From: Cyanidioschyzon merolae
Lineage: Eukaryota
Assembly (NCBI GenBank): GCA_000091205.1
Contig: AP006497.2
Direction: 5' to 3' (one strand)
DNA length: 64,000 bases
Part shown: one piece after another, positions 23,428 to 34,779 of the stretch
Numbering within the stretch: the stretch's first letter is position 1
Layout of the letters: each line of letters begins with the position of its first letter
The notes under the pieces: generated by a model
What the model was told of the DNA's origin: nothing
Database searches by the model: none
Seen by the model: only the letters and a program-made list of their open reading frames with translations
Translations under genes and position numbers: made by a program

Positions 23428-26106
23428 TCAGCTGAACAGGACCCCAAACGCCCAGGTGGCAGTCTCTCGAGTCGACTTTCGACGGCCACTGATACATAGT
23501 TTTTCTACAATGGGGCGCAGCCAACCGAGCTCACGGAGTGCGGACACCGCGGCCGGGCCAAAGGTCTGTCCGATATCACCCATGACACCCACAACTGCGC
23601 GCAGCATATCCTCATCGTCCACAACCTCTTGGCTGACCTGCTCGCAGAACCGGATGACCCACTCAACTTGCTGGCGATCGATAAGAAGCCCGGCTTTCTG
23701 AGCAGCATTCAATCCGTTGATAATCCCCGTGTAAGCGTCCAGAATACACTGCCGCATTTCCAGGATCCAATCATTGGTCTCATCGTCAAGCACGGGTGTT
23801 TGCAACGTCGACCAGGCTGCGTGTTGCAAAGCGGCAATGCAGGGGTCCAGGTAAGGCTCGAAAGCTCCCTCCAGGGCCAGCGCAATATCCCCAATACAAC
23901 AGAGGATTGGAGGCTTCACTGTCCGGTTCAGGAGAGTGTTCTCGAGCGCCGCAAGCAGCACTTGGACGGTTTCAGCTGCGAAGGGCTCGAAGCGCTTCTC
24001 CAGCGCCCTACAGATATCGCTTATTGTGCCAATTGCAACCGCGCAAACATGGTAGGCCTCCCAATTGCGCACACTTGCGAGGACAAATGGCATAGCGCGA
24101 GCTGCATACGACGCAAATGCGTGTTCCACTGCGGAGGCAATCGAACCAAGGGCCATCAAGGCATCCTCGTGCACTGCAACGGAACGATTTCGATTGAGCA
24201 CTTGCAGAATCATCTCCACTAGGCGAGAGGTAGTACCCTCCAGTAGCGGTGGATCAAGATGCTGGACGAATACCTGAATGAGTCCGCATAAGAGGCCTTG
24301 AATTTCTATCTGGAACGCTGGCTGATTTGCAGACGCTGCAAGCATCGCATCAGATTCCTGTAACGCCCTTTCCAGGCTGTGCATGGTGAGCGGTAAATAC
24401 TCTCGGGCTAGTGACCTGGCATTTTCAGGTGAGCTCTGCTGCACCAAAGCAATCAGCGTTTCGTACGACGATGCCAACAAGTTCCATTCATCCGCATCAT
24501 CGCGTTGCGCCGTCTGCCACAAGGCGTTCGCCAGCGTCAACGTAGCCGCCGAAATACTTGCCAGCGCTTCCGCCGACTCGTGTTGTGTTTCTATCAAGGA
24601 GGTGAGGGCGTAACAGGCACTTCGTGCAACCCGAGGAGTATCCGCAAGCGCTCTCATCAGTGCGGTCAGTGCCGCTTCTATGACATTCGCATTGAGGTGC
24701 GTTACCAGATGGGCAATCAAGCGACCGAGGCTCCATGCTGCTGTATCGCGGACTGCCTCGTTCTGCGCGGTTTCCAGCATCCGCAGGGGAAGCGCGAAAA
24801 CTTCCAGTGTGGTCTGCTCGTCGTTGGCGCTCGTAAACGTCACTGCGATGGAGCCGACAGCGACCAGTGCCGCCTCGTGGGATCGCCAATCCCGTTGAAC
24901 ATCCAGATGCTCTCGAATAAATGGCACAGCAGCCTCCAGTGTTGCTTTCGGAGCGACCTGCGCAAACAGAGAAACGCATGCACTTGCAGCTAGGACTCGA
25001 TTCCAGTTCTCGCCTTCGACGTCCTCGTCCTCGTCGCGCCGGATCAGACACTGAGTGAGGAGCGGAATTAGCGCTGGCGCTGCCTGCTCCACGATCCCCA
25101 AGTACGCTGTCTCTAGCGTGCCATTCTGTAAGAGTTGATGCTCTTCCAGACGCTTGATCTCGACATCGGCCACGGATGACCAGAACTCTATCGCTTGCAC
25201 CGCAACATCCTCCTGATCGTACTGAATCGCATGACATGTGAGCTGAAAAGCCATCTCGATAAAAGTGAGTGGTGGATTAGAGGGGCTCGGACAGGCAAGT
25301 TTCTCATAATACTGGCTCGCTATACCAACCAGGCACTCGTAGGCGCTGCGTCGGAGCTCGGCATCGGCAGGCTCAGCCGCCGCCATCATCACGGTGCGCA
25401 TGATCATATCGCGCTCGACTTCGTTCTCCATATTCTGTGCGACGAAAGCCAAGGCGTTGAAGAGCGCAGTCGTTGCAGCCCGTCGAACGAGCGTATTCTC
25501 CTTCGGAACGGGCGGCTCGGTGGGCGTGGTCTCATGATCGCCGCGCATGCCTTGAACCAGCGCCGTTAGGATCAGGTTCGACTGGTGGGCGATAACCCCC
25601 GCGACGGACGGTTCCTCGCAAATGTAGCCCAGTGCCTCGACACAGCCGTGTTTCAGAGCATCGCTAGAACCAGCCTGGGTCAGCGGTTGGACCAGCTGCT
25701 CGATCAGTTGGGGCCACTGGCCGTGCGGAAGCTCCACCACCGCAACCTGAGCGAGCGCTTGCGCAGCCTGTCGTCGGACTGAGGCTCCCCCCTGTACAGT
25801 ACCCAGCGCCTGAATAAGCACACAGTGTACTTGCTTTCGCTCTGCAGCACCAATCTGAGCAAGCCAGCGCTCTGTAGCGCCCTCTTTTGCGGAGCCAAAA
25901 CGCCCACTGAGCGAGTTTTTGAGCAGGATACCCGCCAACTGTCGCGCTTGAATCGGCGCCGTCCCATCGGCCAACAGCCCAACTAGATCAAGCACGAATC
26001 GTACGTATTCATCGTTTTCCAGACGAAATAACTCTGCTTCGGCGGCCTCTCGAGCTTGATGATCTGGTGATTGCGCCTGTAACAGCAGAGGCGCGAGCTG
26101 ACTCAT
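23428..26106 (-). CDS. Importin subunit beta-1 (karyopherin beta)
   Basis: The ORF has an importin-N start (MSQLAPLLLQAQSPDHQAREAAEAEL). Blocks collinear with KPNB1 HEAT repeats run through the ORF: GQWPQLIEQLV, LKHGCVEALGYICEE, VRRAATTALFNAL, AVQAIEFWSSV, FIREHLDVQRDWRSHEAALVAVGSI, VRDTAAWSLGRL, HVCAVAIGTISDICRAL, ILCCIGDIALAL, ILDAYTGIINGL, ATWAFGVL. Confidence 0.9.
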   Translation of the reverse strand: MSQLAPLLLQAQSPDHQAREAAEAELFRLENDEYVRFVLDLVGLLADGTAPIQARQLAGILLKNSLSGRFGSAKEGATERWLAQIGAAERKQVHCVLIQALGTVQGGASVRRQAAQALAQVAVVELPHGQWPQLIEQLVQPLTQAGSSDALKHGCVEALGYICEEPSVAGVIAHQSNLILTALVQGMRGDHETTPTEPPVPKENTLVRRAATTALFNALAFVAQNMENEVERDMIMRTVMMAAAEPADAELRRSAYECLVGIASQYYEKLACPSPSNPPLTFIEMAFQLTCHAIQYDQEDVAVQAIEFWSSVADVEIKRLEEHQLLQNGTLETAYLGIVEQAAPALIPLLTQCLIRRDEDEDVEGENWNRVLAASACVSLFAQVAPKATLEAAVPFIREHLDVQRDWRSHEAALVAVGSIAVTFTSANDEQTTLEVFALPLRMLETAQNEAVRDTAAWSLGRLIAHLVTHLNANVIEAALTALMRALADTPRVARSACYALTSLIETQHESAEALASISAATLTLANALWQTAQRDDADEWNLLASSYETLIALVQQSSPENARSLAREYLPLTMHSLERALQESDAMLAASANQPAFQIEIQGLLCGLIQVFVQHLDPPLLEGTTSRLVEMILQVLNRNRSVAVHEDALMALGSIASAVEHAFASYAARAMPFVLASVRNWEAYHVCAVAIGTISDICRALEKRFEPFAAETVQVLLAALENTLLNRTVKPPILCCIGDIALALEGAFEPYLDPCIAALQHAAWSTLQTPVLDDETNDWILEMRQCILDAYTGIINGLNAAQKAGLLIDRQQVEWVIRFCEQVSQEVVDDEDMLRAVVGVMGDIGQTFGPAAVSALRELGWLRPIVEKLCISGRRKSTRETATWAFGVLFS

Positions 26107-26504
26107 GAAAACGGCGCGTTACCTGGCGTTCGGGCTAAGAGGTTCACGCGATCTGTCCACGGATGAATCAGGTTCAGAGCCTCAGCTTTGCTACACCGCT
26201 GAGAACCTGCCAATGGATCTCACCCTTTCTGCAAGAAAGCGCCTCGCAGAGCGGCGTCTAACCTCTTCCAAACAACACCCCGGGCTAACTGCGACGCTGC
26301 CCAGAGCACGAGTGCACAGCAGCGCGGCTTCGACGTCTGCGTTGTGCCGCTGCCGCCGAACTGGCAGCCGCGCCGACGTCCATCCACAGGCGCGATCGCG
26401 TAGGCGGACACGAGCGCCGTGCAGCATGCGTCTATCGGCTGTCAACTCAAGTGTGTTTCATCCGCGGGTGCGTTGCAACGAATGCTTTTTCGCAGGGTAT
26501 AACA

Positions 26505-27893
26505 GGGGATGGAATTCACGATACAATGTACCGTATCGATCGTAGATCAGTTGGATGTCGGATATGGATTCTTTACTGAACAGGGCAAAGAGGACTGCAT
26601 TCCGCCTTCGGGTCTCTCATAGGGTCGTACTCAAATGGCTGAGGAATATTGAAAGAAACGTGCAGATGTACTCCGTACCAAAAACTGGTATTCTCTAATA
26701 CTGCTTGCGGTCTATGGTAGAAAACGACCAGTTGATCGCCTTTTGCGGAAGGTAAAAGCGATAATAATAGACACCAGCGGCGTCTCTGTTTCTCAACAGG
26801 TGGTTCATGTGGACGTGAAATCTCTGGGATCCAATCGCAGAAAAAGTACGAGTTCACGCACAGCCATCTTCCACGGAAATCGCAACTACGGAATTCCTGG
26901 AACGTCAAGATCGGTATGAAGTAGACGAACGTCAATTTGTTTCTGCAGAAGATGTGAGTTCCTTCTGAGGAAACGATCGGAACGTCTATCGGTACGCGCG
27001 GAGCAGGGCACCAGTTTTGTGTACGATTGAATTCGAAGAGAACGGCGACATCATCTGCTCTAGGCGCAGTGGATTCATTTGGCAGCCTCAGCGTCGCTCC
27101 TCGAGAAGGCGCTTACCAAAGCACCCACTTGGTTGAACCATTGAAGATCTTCCCGAATGTCTGGCGAAGGCCTTCCATTGGACAACATACCCTTTCACCA
27201 TTCCACATGCGTTCGAGCTTTTCTTCGATTCTATCGGGGCAGAGCTGCTTTTCATTCCTCCATACCCTCAGAGATTCATCCCCATGAAACAAGTGTTTGC
27301 CATCGTGAAGCGTAATGATCCCTCCACTGCACGAATCCATGAATCGTTCTGCTCACGGTGACTCACAGGGACATATTTCGCCGTCCTTCCGCAAATCTAT
27401 CTCGCTCCTGCAAGGTCCTCAGCTAGGGACATAAAGAAGTGCTTTCATTTTGAAGAAAAAATGTTCAAGGCATGAGCTGAGTTGTAACCTTCAGCAGGTC
27501 GAGCTCGAAACAAGGCAGCCGAGCGCTTCTGCGATAGAAAAGTACGGAAAGCTGATAGACCACCAAATGGTAATGAGGGCACGGCCTCGAGGACTCCTTG
27601 CGCTGGTAAGTTCCACTAGCGGTAGAGCATGCAAGGAGGTCGCGAACCGAGACTGCAACGTCGCCACCAAGATCAGATGATATGCGGTGCCAAAGACGAG
27701 ACTCCCGGAGCTGACGCGATCCAACTTTCTGGGGCAGCCTCTCAGGCTCGAAGGGTGTTCGGATAAAAAATGAAACCTTTAGCAGGAAGCCGGTCAAAAA
27801 ATGCTGAAAGGCCTCTGCCGATGGATATCCATTTCCCCTACAGGGCCGTCGGACATTTTGTTTCACTGACGACGTTTGTATACGCGCAGGTTT
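26505..27893 (+). mobile_element. Non-autonomous (internally deleted) derivative of the Fanzor/TnpB-family element: roughly 0.85-kb left-end region joined to a degenerate C-terminal/RE segment; no intact ORF
   Basis: 26505-27390 aligns (same orientation) with 47352-48240 of the full copy. 27450-27680 translates to RARPRGLLALVSSTSGRACKEVANRDCNVATKIR, a decayed version of KVRGLLAFVSTTNDGKKRMEFVNRDFNAAINIRR. The 3' 200 nt align with the right end of copies at 50400-50613, ending ...gtttgtatacgcgcaggtt. Confidence 0.75.
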
Positions 27894-29176
27894 TCAGACA
27901 TTCGAGGTATACTTGTTTGTGTACGTGTTCATGTATGTGTTTGGTTGTACGCGTGCTTATGTGCAGCGCATCCGAGACCTCCAGAAGAAACGTGATGATC
28001 TGGATGCGAATACTAGGGACGCGTGACGGCGTTGTCTGTAACGTGCTCCAGTTGTCCGGAAAGCAGTAGAGTGTTCGGGGCAGTAGTTTTCCAGTGCTCG
28101 AGTTAGTATTCGTGTCTGGTTGGCGACATCGCAATCTGGTTGTATCCATGATGGCAGCGCCGCTTCGAACTGGCACGGCCTGCAGCTACCCGAGCGTACG
28201 TGCATATCTCATGGTGCTGGTAATTTTGATTTCGCAGAAGTTTTCGGCGACAAGCGTATAAATGCGTGTAATCTACACGGAGACGTCAGACGTTCGCGGC
28301 TGGTGCGGCGAATGATGGCGCTAGTGTGCGACGCTGCTTTCAAACGATGCCCAGTAACGTTGGATGCACCCGTCTGTAAACATGACCAGGGAATCGATCG
28401 TGTCTTGCAATCGAGACACTACACAGTGCGGAAGGTCGACGGCGCCGCAGAGCGCACCTCACGTGTACGCCTCCAAGCGAGACTGCACTGGATGTATTGA
28501 TGAACGGAACAGGGGTGCGATTCCCTGGTCTAGTGCCCAGCACCGTTCCCTATGACCGCAATCTGCACATGTTCAGATTGGTGATACGGAAGAGTTGCTG
28601 CGCACGCTGCGGAAAAAGGAGACCGTTGCGGTATTGCAGCATATCAGCGACGGACATAGTGCAGCACGCGTTTTTCTCGCTGTACAGCTGGTGCCAGGCA
28701 CGCGCTTTGGTAGCAGAGATGCATATGCTTGGCTTCGTGTCTGGACCGTATTCGGCAAATACTGAATGATGATGTAGAATGGCAGATTGTGATCTTGCGC
28801 CCTTCAGAGGAAACGAGCCGCAAACTCGAGTTTTTTTCCAGCAGCGAAGTTTATAGTGCTGGCTCGTTGAATGCAAGTCCACGTGCACTCGTGTCACGCT
28901 CGCTCCAGCGCATGGCTTCATGGCGGAAATCACATGACGTCTCACAGATATGCAGCGTACGATACGTTTCGATGAGCGCTCGGATGCGCTGCAGCGACGA
29001 ATGGCGTCGAGTCTCTGCTCTAGTAGAGCTGTCGCTCAGGGCGTTCAGCACACGCAACCTAGAACAGAGGCGGCTACTTGGTCTGGAGCGGTGCCTTTGA
29101 GCTGCCCAAGAGTGGCTCACACGAAGCCGCGGGCGGCATTTCATTCGACTGCAACGCCGCTAATGGTGCATAGTGC

Positions 29177-31126
29177 GTGGCGTCGGGCGCCCAGCATAGA
29201 GGTGGAACGCAGCGGCACCAGTTGTCGACGAAAGCGGCACCTGCCGAGCTCACCCTGCCGCTGCCGCACGCAGGTTGGTGTCTGCAGAACCTCCGGGTAA
29301 AAAACTCGAGCTCGACACCCATGTCGATGCAGGCGGATTCTACTTCAGAACGTTTTGCGCGACAGTTGCCCATCTGGGGCGACTACGCCCAGCGCCTGCT
29401 ACAGCGAGCGCGTGTTGTTGTCATCGGTGGAACAAGCTCCGCAGCGGAGGCGATCAAGTGCTTGGTACTAGGCGGGGTCGGCTCGATTCTTCTGGCAGAT
29501 AGTGCTCGGATCACGCCCGCAGACACGGAGGGCAACTTTTTCTTACCACCTTGGACGGTGGGCGAGTGGCGTGCGACTGCTCTGTTGCGATCTTTGGTGA
29601 AGCTGAGCCCGACGACGCGGTTCACGGCACGACTGGGCACTGCTCAAACTCTAGTGAACGAGTGGACGACACTCCAGCCTCTTTCCATGGTTATTCTGAC
29701 GGAGGGTACCACCGCAGAGAAGCAACAGCTTGCAAAATTTTGTTGGTATTCAGCGATACCTCTATTCATTGTCAGCGTTCACGGTTTCGGTGGCTCCTTG
29801 ATACCCCAGTTCCCAGAGCGTGTCTTTTTCCGGTCGACAGGATTGCGCCCGGCGGTGCACACAATAGAATATTTGCAAGCCATTCGTGTGATGAATCCTT
29901 TCAATGCCCTAGCGGAGTGGTGTACGAAACGTTTCTGGCCTCTGCAGCAATGGAGTCCATCGCAGCTCGCAGCTATCCCCTGGCCGGTGCTCGTGGTTTT
30001 AGCGCTGCAACAGGCCAATCGTAGTATGCGGCCGGAAAACCGCGATCCCAGGCAATCCACAAACACCGACCGTGCAACTACAAGTGATGGATGTCGGTGC
30101 ACGGAAGCAGAGGAGCGCGAACACCGTCACGAGCCGACCGAAGCCGGTGGGGCGCTAACCCAGGCCGCACTGCCGCGTGAACGTCAGAGTCGGGGCGCGG
30201 GCGCGCTCCTGGTACCCGGCTGTTTTTCCGCAGTATCTGGAGGTTCCGCGTCCGAAGCCGTATCTAGTCGAATCGAACGGGCATTGATATTGCTGCGAAA
30301 ATGGGAACCAAGCGAGCTGACGTCAGCGAACTGGAATATGGCGGTCGCGGCTCTGCAGAAATTGCGTACTGCGAGCACAGATCCGGATCCGAGGATCATT
30401 CGAGAATCCTGCTCCTTGCGTAATCGTCAGCTTACGCGAATACTGGAGGCGACCAGAGCCTTTGCCACCCAGCACGGTTGGCCGGTATTTAGCGATCTTG
30501 GCGAACTCCACGGCGATCCAGAGAGCGTCCACGAATTACGACGCCTCTATTGGGAGCAGGCGGAACACGACATCGAGACTATCTGGCGGCTCGTGCGGGC
30601 AGACCCGATGGAGGCCGAAGCGCCGGACTCTATTTCGAAGGAGCTTGTTCGAGAGGTTTGCTCGAACTTGTTTTTCATGAAGACATGGCGCACGCAACCG
30701 TTTTACTGCCTATATGAAGACGCGGCGGTGGAGAAACCGCAGCTGGCTCCACCAACGACAGCAGCACAACGCAGAGCAGCATCGTTGTTTCTCGCCCTGA
30801 TTGCTCATGAGTGCTGCCAAGAGCTGGACCGGACCCAGCAGCTTGTGCGACGTCACGGTGCGGATGCTGTGCTGCTCGAGGAAGCCCAGCGAATTGCCAG
30901 GCTCTGGAGCTGGCCGCCCGACCTGATTGATTCCGTGCGTCTGCGTCATCTCGCGGAGCTGTTTGCCGAGGAGGAGCATCCCTCCGTGCCCATAATGCTC
31001 GGCTCATTTGCGGCACAGGAGGCCATCAAACTCGTCATTCAATTATTCGAACCCTTGACGACGATACTGGTGTATGACGGTCTCGCCGACAAAGCCGATC
31101 TCCTGCACCCCGCGGTTGCATCATAG
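29177..31126 (+). CDS. ThiF/E1-fold protein, NEDD8-activating enzyme E1 regulatory subunit (ULA1/APP-BP1)-like; N-terminal start codon uncertain
   Basis: RARVVVIGGTSSAAEAIKCLVLGGVGSILLADSARITPADTEGNFFL (E1 nucleotide-binding fold without a catalytic Cys module); C-terminal FAAQEAIKLVIQLFEPLTTILVYDG resembles the ULA1 tail. Confidence 0.55.
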   Translation: MASGAQHRGGTQRHQLSTKAAPAELTLPLPHAGWCLQNLRVKNSSSTPMSMQADSTSERFARQLPIWGDYAQRLLQRARVVVIGGTSSAAEAIKCLVLGGVGSILLADSARITPADTEGNFFLPPWTVGEWRATALLRSLVKLSPTTRFTARLGTAQTLVNEWTTLQPLSMVILTEGTTAEKQQLAKFCWYSAIPLFIVSVHGFGGSLIPQFPERVFFRSTGLRPAVHTIEYLQAIRVMNPFNALAEWCTKRFWPLQQWSPSQLAAIPWPVLVVLALQQANRSMRPENRDPRQSTNTDRATTSDGCRCTEAEEREHRHEPTEAGGALTQAALPRERQSRGAGALLVPGCFSAVSGGSASEAVSSRIERALILLRKWEPSELTSANWNMAVAALQKLRTASTDPDPRIIRESCSLRNRQLTRILEATRAFATQHGWPVFSDLGELHGDPESVHELRRLYWEQAEHDIETIWRLVRADPMEAEAPDSISKELVREVCSNLFFMKTWRTQPFYCLYEDAAVEKPQLAPPTTAAQRRAASLFLALIAHECCQELDRTQQLVRRHGADAVLLEEAQRIARLWSWPPDLIDSVRLRHLAELFAEEEHPSVPIMLGSFAAQEAIKLVIQLFEPLTTILVYDGLADKADLLHPAVAS

Positions 31127-31879
31127 CGCTAACAGGGAATTTTTGTTTCCTGGTGTCACATCGATGCTGCGAACCAGTACCCTGCCAGGTGGACGACTGC
31201 GGCCGACAAAACGGGAAAACGACCAACAGCGCACTCGCTCGTGTGACATCATCGCTGCACCGTCCTCGAGCGGACGCCCTTCGACACGCCACCGTACCGT
31301 CCTGTCCCTGCAAAGCGACCGCAGCAGCGCATCTCGCGTCACAGCAGGCACGCACGCGACGCCCTACCCAGCACGCAACAATCGTCGGATTCCTGTAACC
31401 AAAGGATCTCACCAGGTCTGACCTCGCGTCGGTTCAACCTAGCGACATGTTTGTGGGGTTGTAAAAGTGACCACACGTCTGTTGGTGGCAGCTGCTCTGC
31501 TTGTTGCCATCCATCAAAACACATCTGGCGGAGGATCCCAATGCGATGCACGCATCGATCCCAGGCGAAATTGCCGCTGCGCACGCACGCACGCACGCAC
31601 GCAGCAGCTCCTGACGTGTCCCGCGATGCGGTGCCTTGCTGGCCGGCCGCCAGCATCGATCACGAACGGCACACAGGTGCGCGCCTGCCTACCGCTCGGC
31701 GATCGCTACGCCACGAGAGAGCGTCCGGGTGCATGCACTGACCGCCTGCATGGATGGTGTCGCTTGACGCACGCTGTCCAAAACGCATAGGCTTAACGCT
31801 TGACGTATTCTGGCCCAAGCATCCCAAAGCATGCGTTCTCAAGACGCAGTGTAGGCAGATTCGAACATCCTGGGTGTTG

Positions 31880-33646
31880 TCATCGGTATTGGGCATGGTT
31901 CTGTTCGCGTATATGGCGGAAGAGCGCGTTCCTCGAAGTGAATAACTCGCTGCACGTCTGGCACTTGTACGCGGCAGGAGCACCAGCGGCAGCAGCGCCT
32001 GCATTTTGCGCTGCCGTTGCTGCTGCGAGATGACGACGACGACGACGATCCTTCGCTGTTTCCGCACGTCGACGGTGTGGTCGGCTGCGCTCGCGATCTC
32101 CCAGGGCCCGCAGCTCGTCCGTATGGGCTGCAGCGTGCGTGCCTGCTTCGATATCTCGGCCCGCGTTCGTTGATTTGCCGTTCATGTGGGCGTCTTGCAT
32201 GGAGCGAGTGCGTTCAGCCTCTTTAGTGGCGCTCTTGGGATCACTTTCAGAATGTGCATTCCTGGTGCCGACTGGAACGGCGAGGTCGTCTTCGATCTCA
32301 TCATCATCATCATCATCGGCATGGTGGCGCCTAGAAACGCTCTGTTCCGATTCAGAAGAAGCCTCGACGGAGCTTGCAGGACGCACACCGGCTTGTTCGT
32401 CTTCTGAACATTGACCCTCGCAGAGCGAGCCGTCCCCGTCAGGCAGCTTTTTTTGTCTCTCGCTGGATGCACGTTGTCGCATCGTCTCGTTGGGGTGCGC
32501 GTCTCCATTCACCACGTCGTAGACGTGATCCTCGTCTCCTGTTGCTTCCACCTGACCCATAATCCGGAATACCTGCACTTCTTCGCCTTTGGCAAGACAA
32601 AGATCCTTGCGAAAGCGTCGTACGCAATCCCGATGCTTCTTGCTATGCTCATGATTTTCCCACTGGGCAAACGTTTTGAAATACTTCTTACACGCAAGGC
32701 ATTGAACACCTTCGATCGTTGGTTGAACCGCATCACTTGCTCCGTGAGGCTGGTTCACATCAGGTGCCTCCTCGCTGATGCCAGCGTACTCCAAATGCTC
32801 CAGTAGCTCCTCAAGATTCGGTATATCCTCTTCAAGCTGCGCAGCAAGCCTCGCCGCATGCAGAGACCGAAGGCGTTCCCACTGTTCTCTTTCCTGGACT
32901 TGTCGTTCTAGCTTCTCAGCTTCTTTTCGTGCTTCTTCTTCCTTGTGTTTCAATACTCGACGATCCCGCTTTTTCACAAAGGCAACGAGCTCTCGCACGA
33001 GCGCTTGGAACTCTCTGCGAGCACGCTCCCGCTCGCGGCGGTTGTCGCGTTCTATGGCCCGTCGAATCTCCCGGTTCGGCGCCTCGCTCGGGTTCCAGGA
33101 GTCCGCAAACGCGAACGTCTTCGCTGATACAAAGTTCTCCCAGAAGTTATAGAAGCGACGTACACTGGGCCAGTCCGCTGTGGCACTGCCGAACGGGGGC
33201 GGCTGTGCGCCTCCGGCTGCCACCTCTTCTCTCGCAAGCTGCTCGAACGCTGCTCCGTATACGTGATAGAAACCTCGTTCTCCGTCTTCGTAGCCATTAT
33301 AAGCAGAAGATCGGAAATATTCATATATATTGAGTTCTGTCGCCCGGTTCACCGTACGCTCTGTACGAGAAGCGGCACCGGTGTCCGTCCCAGGCGCTTG
33401 AGTCGCCTCCAGCGGATCCCGGCCGCGCAGGATATCCTCTCGGTGGTCATCATACCATTTTCGTTCATGTGGGTCTGAAAGCACTTCGTAGGCTCTCCGA
33501 AGCTCCTTGAAAGCCTCCGCTGCCTCTTCTGGTCGGTCGGGATTCTTGTCAGGGTGCAGGCGAAGCGCTGCTCTGCGAAACGCTCGCGTGATCTCCTCCG
33601 CGGTGGCGTCCCGTGGAACACCAAGAACTTCGTAGTGACAGCGCAT
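31880..33646 (-). CDS. J-domain protein with two C2H2 zinc fingers (DNAJC21/Jjj1-like ribosome-biogenesis co-chaperone)
   Basis: MRCHYEVLGVPRDATAEEITRAFRRAALRLHPDKNP...AFKELRRAYEVLSDPHERKWYD (J domain with HPD), CLACKKYFKTFAQWENHEHSKKH and CQTCSELFTSRNALFRHIREQNH (C2H2). The ORF-track extension to 33853 is read-through of the adjacent transposon end, not part of the gene. Confidence 0.85.
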   Translation of the reverse strand: MRCHYEVLGVPRDATAEEITRAFRRAALRLHPDKNPDRPEEAAEAFKELRRAYEVLSDPHERKWYDDHREDILRGRDPLEATQAPGTDTGAASRTERTVNRATELNIYEYFRSSAYNGYEDGERGFYHVYGAAFEQLAREEVAAGGAQPPPFGSATADWPSVRRFYNFWENFVSAKTFAFADSWNPSEAPNREIRRAIERDNRRERERARREFQALVRELVAFVKKRDRRVLKHKEEEARKEAEKLERQVQEREQWERLRSLHAARLAAQLEEDIPNLEELLEHLEYAGISEEAPDVNQPHGASDAVQPTIEGVQCLACKKYFKTFAQWENHEHSKKHRDCVRRFRKDLCLAKGEEVQVFRIMGQVEATGDEDHVYDVVNGDAHPNETMRQRASSERQKKLPDGDGSLCEGQCSEDEQAGVRPASSVEASSESEQSVSRRHHADDDDDDEIEDDLAVPVGTRNAHSESDPKSATKEAERTRSMQDAHMNGKSTNAGRDIEAGTHAAAHTDELRALGDRERSRPHRRRAETAKDRRRRRHLAAATAAQNAGAAAAGAPAAYKCQTCSELFTSRNALFRHIREQNHAQYR

Positions 33647-33686
33647 GACAAATGTTTGTGCCGCTTTTGGGGTCTGCCCCTGATCG

Positions 33687-34480
33687 TTATTAGAACCCCA
33701 CCAGAAGAAACGCATTTTCCCACGGAAGCGGCAGCGAACGCCGTTCAACAGTCGAAAGTCGCCAGCAGTGTACAGTAGTTGCGAATGACCTGCCCTAGAC
33801 GAGACACGTCCGAATGACGTGCAGACGCCTCCCAGTATTTTTGGACCGGCCACCGACTACTGGTTCCATTTTTTTCTCATATAATCTAACCTTGAGATGT
33901 TGCCCTGCAAAAATTTCTCTTGTCATCTCTGGAGGCCTCTTGTCCATCACCGCACGTCTCCTGATATTGATAGTGGCATTAAAGTCTCGATTCACAAACT
34001 CCATGCGTTTCCTGCCATTGGTAGTTGTATTCATTAGTGCGAGTAGTCCGCGAATTTTCGCCTTAGTTTCCATTTGCACTTCCGCCAGCGCTTTGTACTT
34101 TTTTACACCCTCAAGGCTCGGCTGACACTGCTCCATCTTGACCTTCTGGAGCGTACACCACAGCTCGTGGCGTATGTTGGATGTTCGGAACTCATATATC
34201 GGTATTGTGACGAAACATCGTGCGCATTCCTTGTACGCTCATTGCGAGTTGCTGTAAACCGGAAACGAAATTCTCCTCGACAAGCCATAAAAGTGGTGTT
34301 GTGGCTTTCCGCCAGACACGGTGGCTGTTTTTGCCGTGTCCATGGTCCCGCAGGCGTGTCCCGGAGTGCGCTGACTCCATAAAAGCCGCGAGTTCGCGCT
34401 GCTGCCCTGGCATCGGGGTGCTGGCGGCTCCACAGCACAGATACCTCATGATGTGCGGGCGAAGCATGCTGCTTCAGCAC
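33687..34480 (-). mobile_element. 5'-truncated copy of the Fanzor/TnpB-family element (RuvC-II, Zn-finger region, RuvC-III and right end retained)
   Basis: Minus-strand translation IYEFRTSNIRHELWCTLQKV...KIRGLLALMNTTTNGRKRMEFVNRDFNATINIRRRAVMDKRPPEMTRE...YEKKMEPVVGGRSKNTGRRLHV; right end aligns with other copies and stops at about 33687, 40 nt upstream of the DnaJ ATG (33646). Confidence 0.8.
33795..34480 (-). pseudogene. C-terminal fragment of the TnpB/Fanzor-like nuclease gene (broken frames upstream of RuvC-II)
   Basis: ORFs 33795..34136 and 34192..34467 are in different frames but collinear with the C-terminal third of copies at 40.5-42.9 kb and 48.3-50.5 kb. Confidence 0.75.
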
Positions 34481-34779
34481 CGTAAGAACGATGCGCTCTC
34501 ATGCGCGTTCCCCTATGATCCGAGATGTAATCCACAGAGTGATGCTGGCGGCTATGACCGAGCGTCTTGCATATAGAATGCAAATCTGGGAACTGCGGCC
34601 TAAGGCTCGGAGTTCCAAGTCACGAATGGTCCATATGCTCACGATCGGTACTCGAAGCGAGCGCGCTGGACATTATACACTGCTTTGCTGCACGAGAACA
34701 GTGCTATGCTCGGGGCCGGCTAGAGTACCTTACGAAAAGTCAGCAGGAACGTCGCTTTCAGGTACGGTGCGTGACACGG

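Noticed and set aside
24497-25237. 246-aa minus-strand ORF 24497..25237 and other long alternative-frame ORFs inside importin-beta, TPS and the kinesin (for example 56884..57441 -, 57922..58479 -)
   Set aside because: These are off-frame or antisense to strongly supported genes. GC-rich sequence gives long spurious ORFs with Arg/Ala/Gly-rich, homology-free products.
31880-33853. N-terminal 69 codons of ORF-track entry 31880..33853 as part of the DnaJ protein
   Set aside because: Residues RGKMRFFWWGSNNDQGQTPKAAQTFV are the translated right end of the transposon, alignable to the other copies. The J domain begins at the next Met (MRCHYEVLGV), the canonical position.
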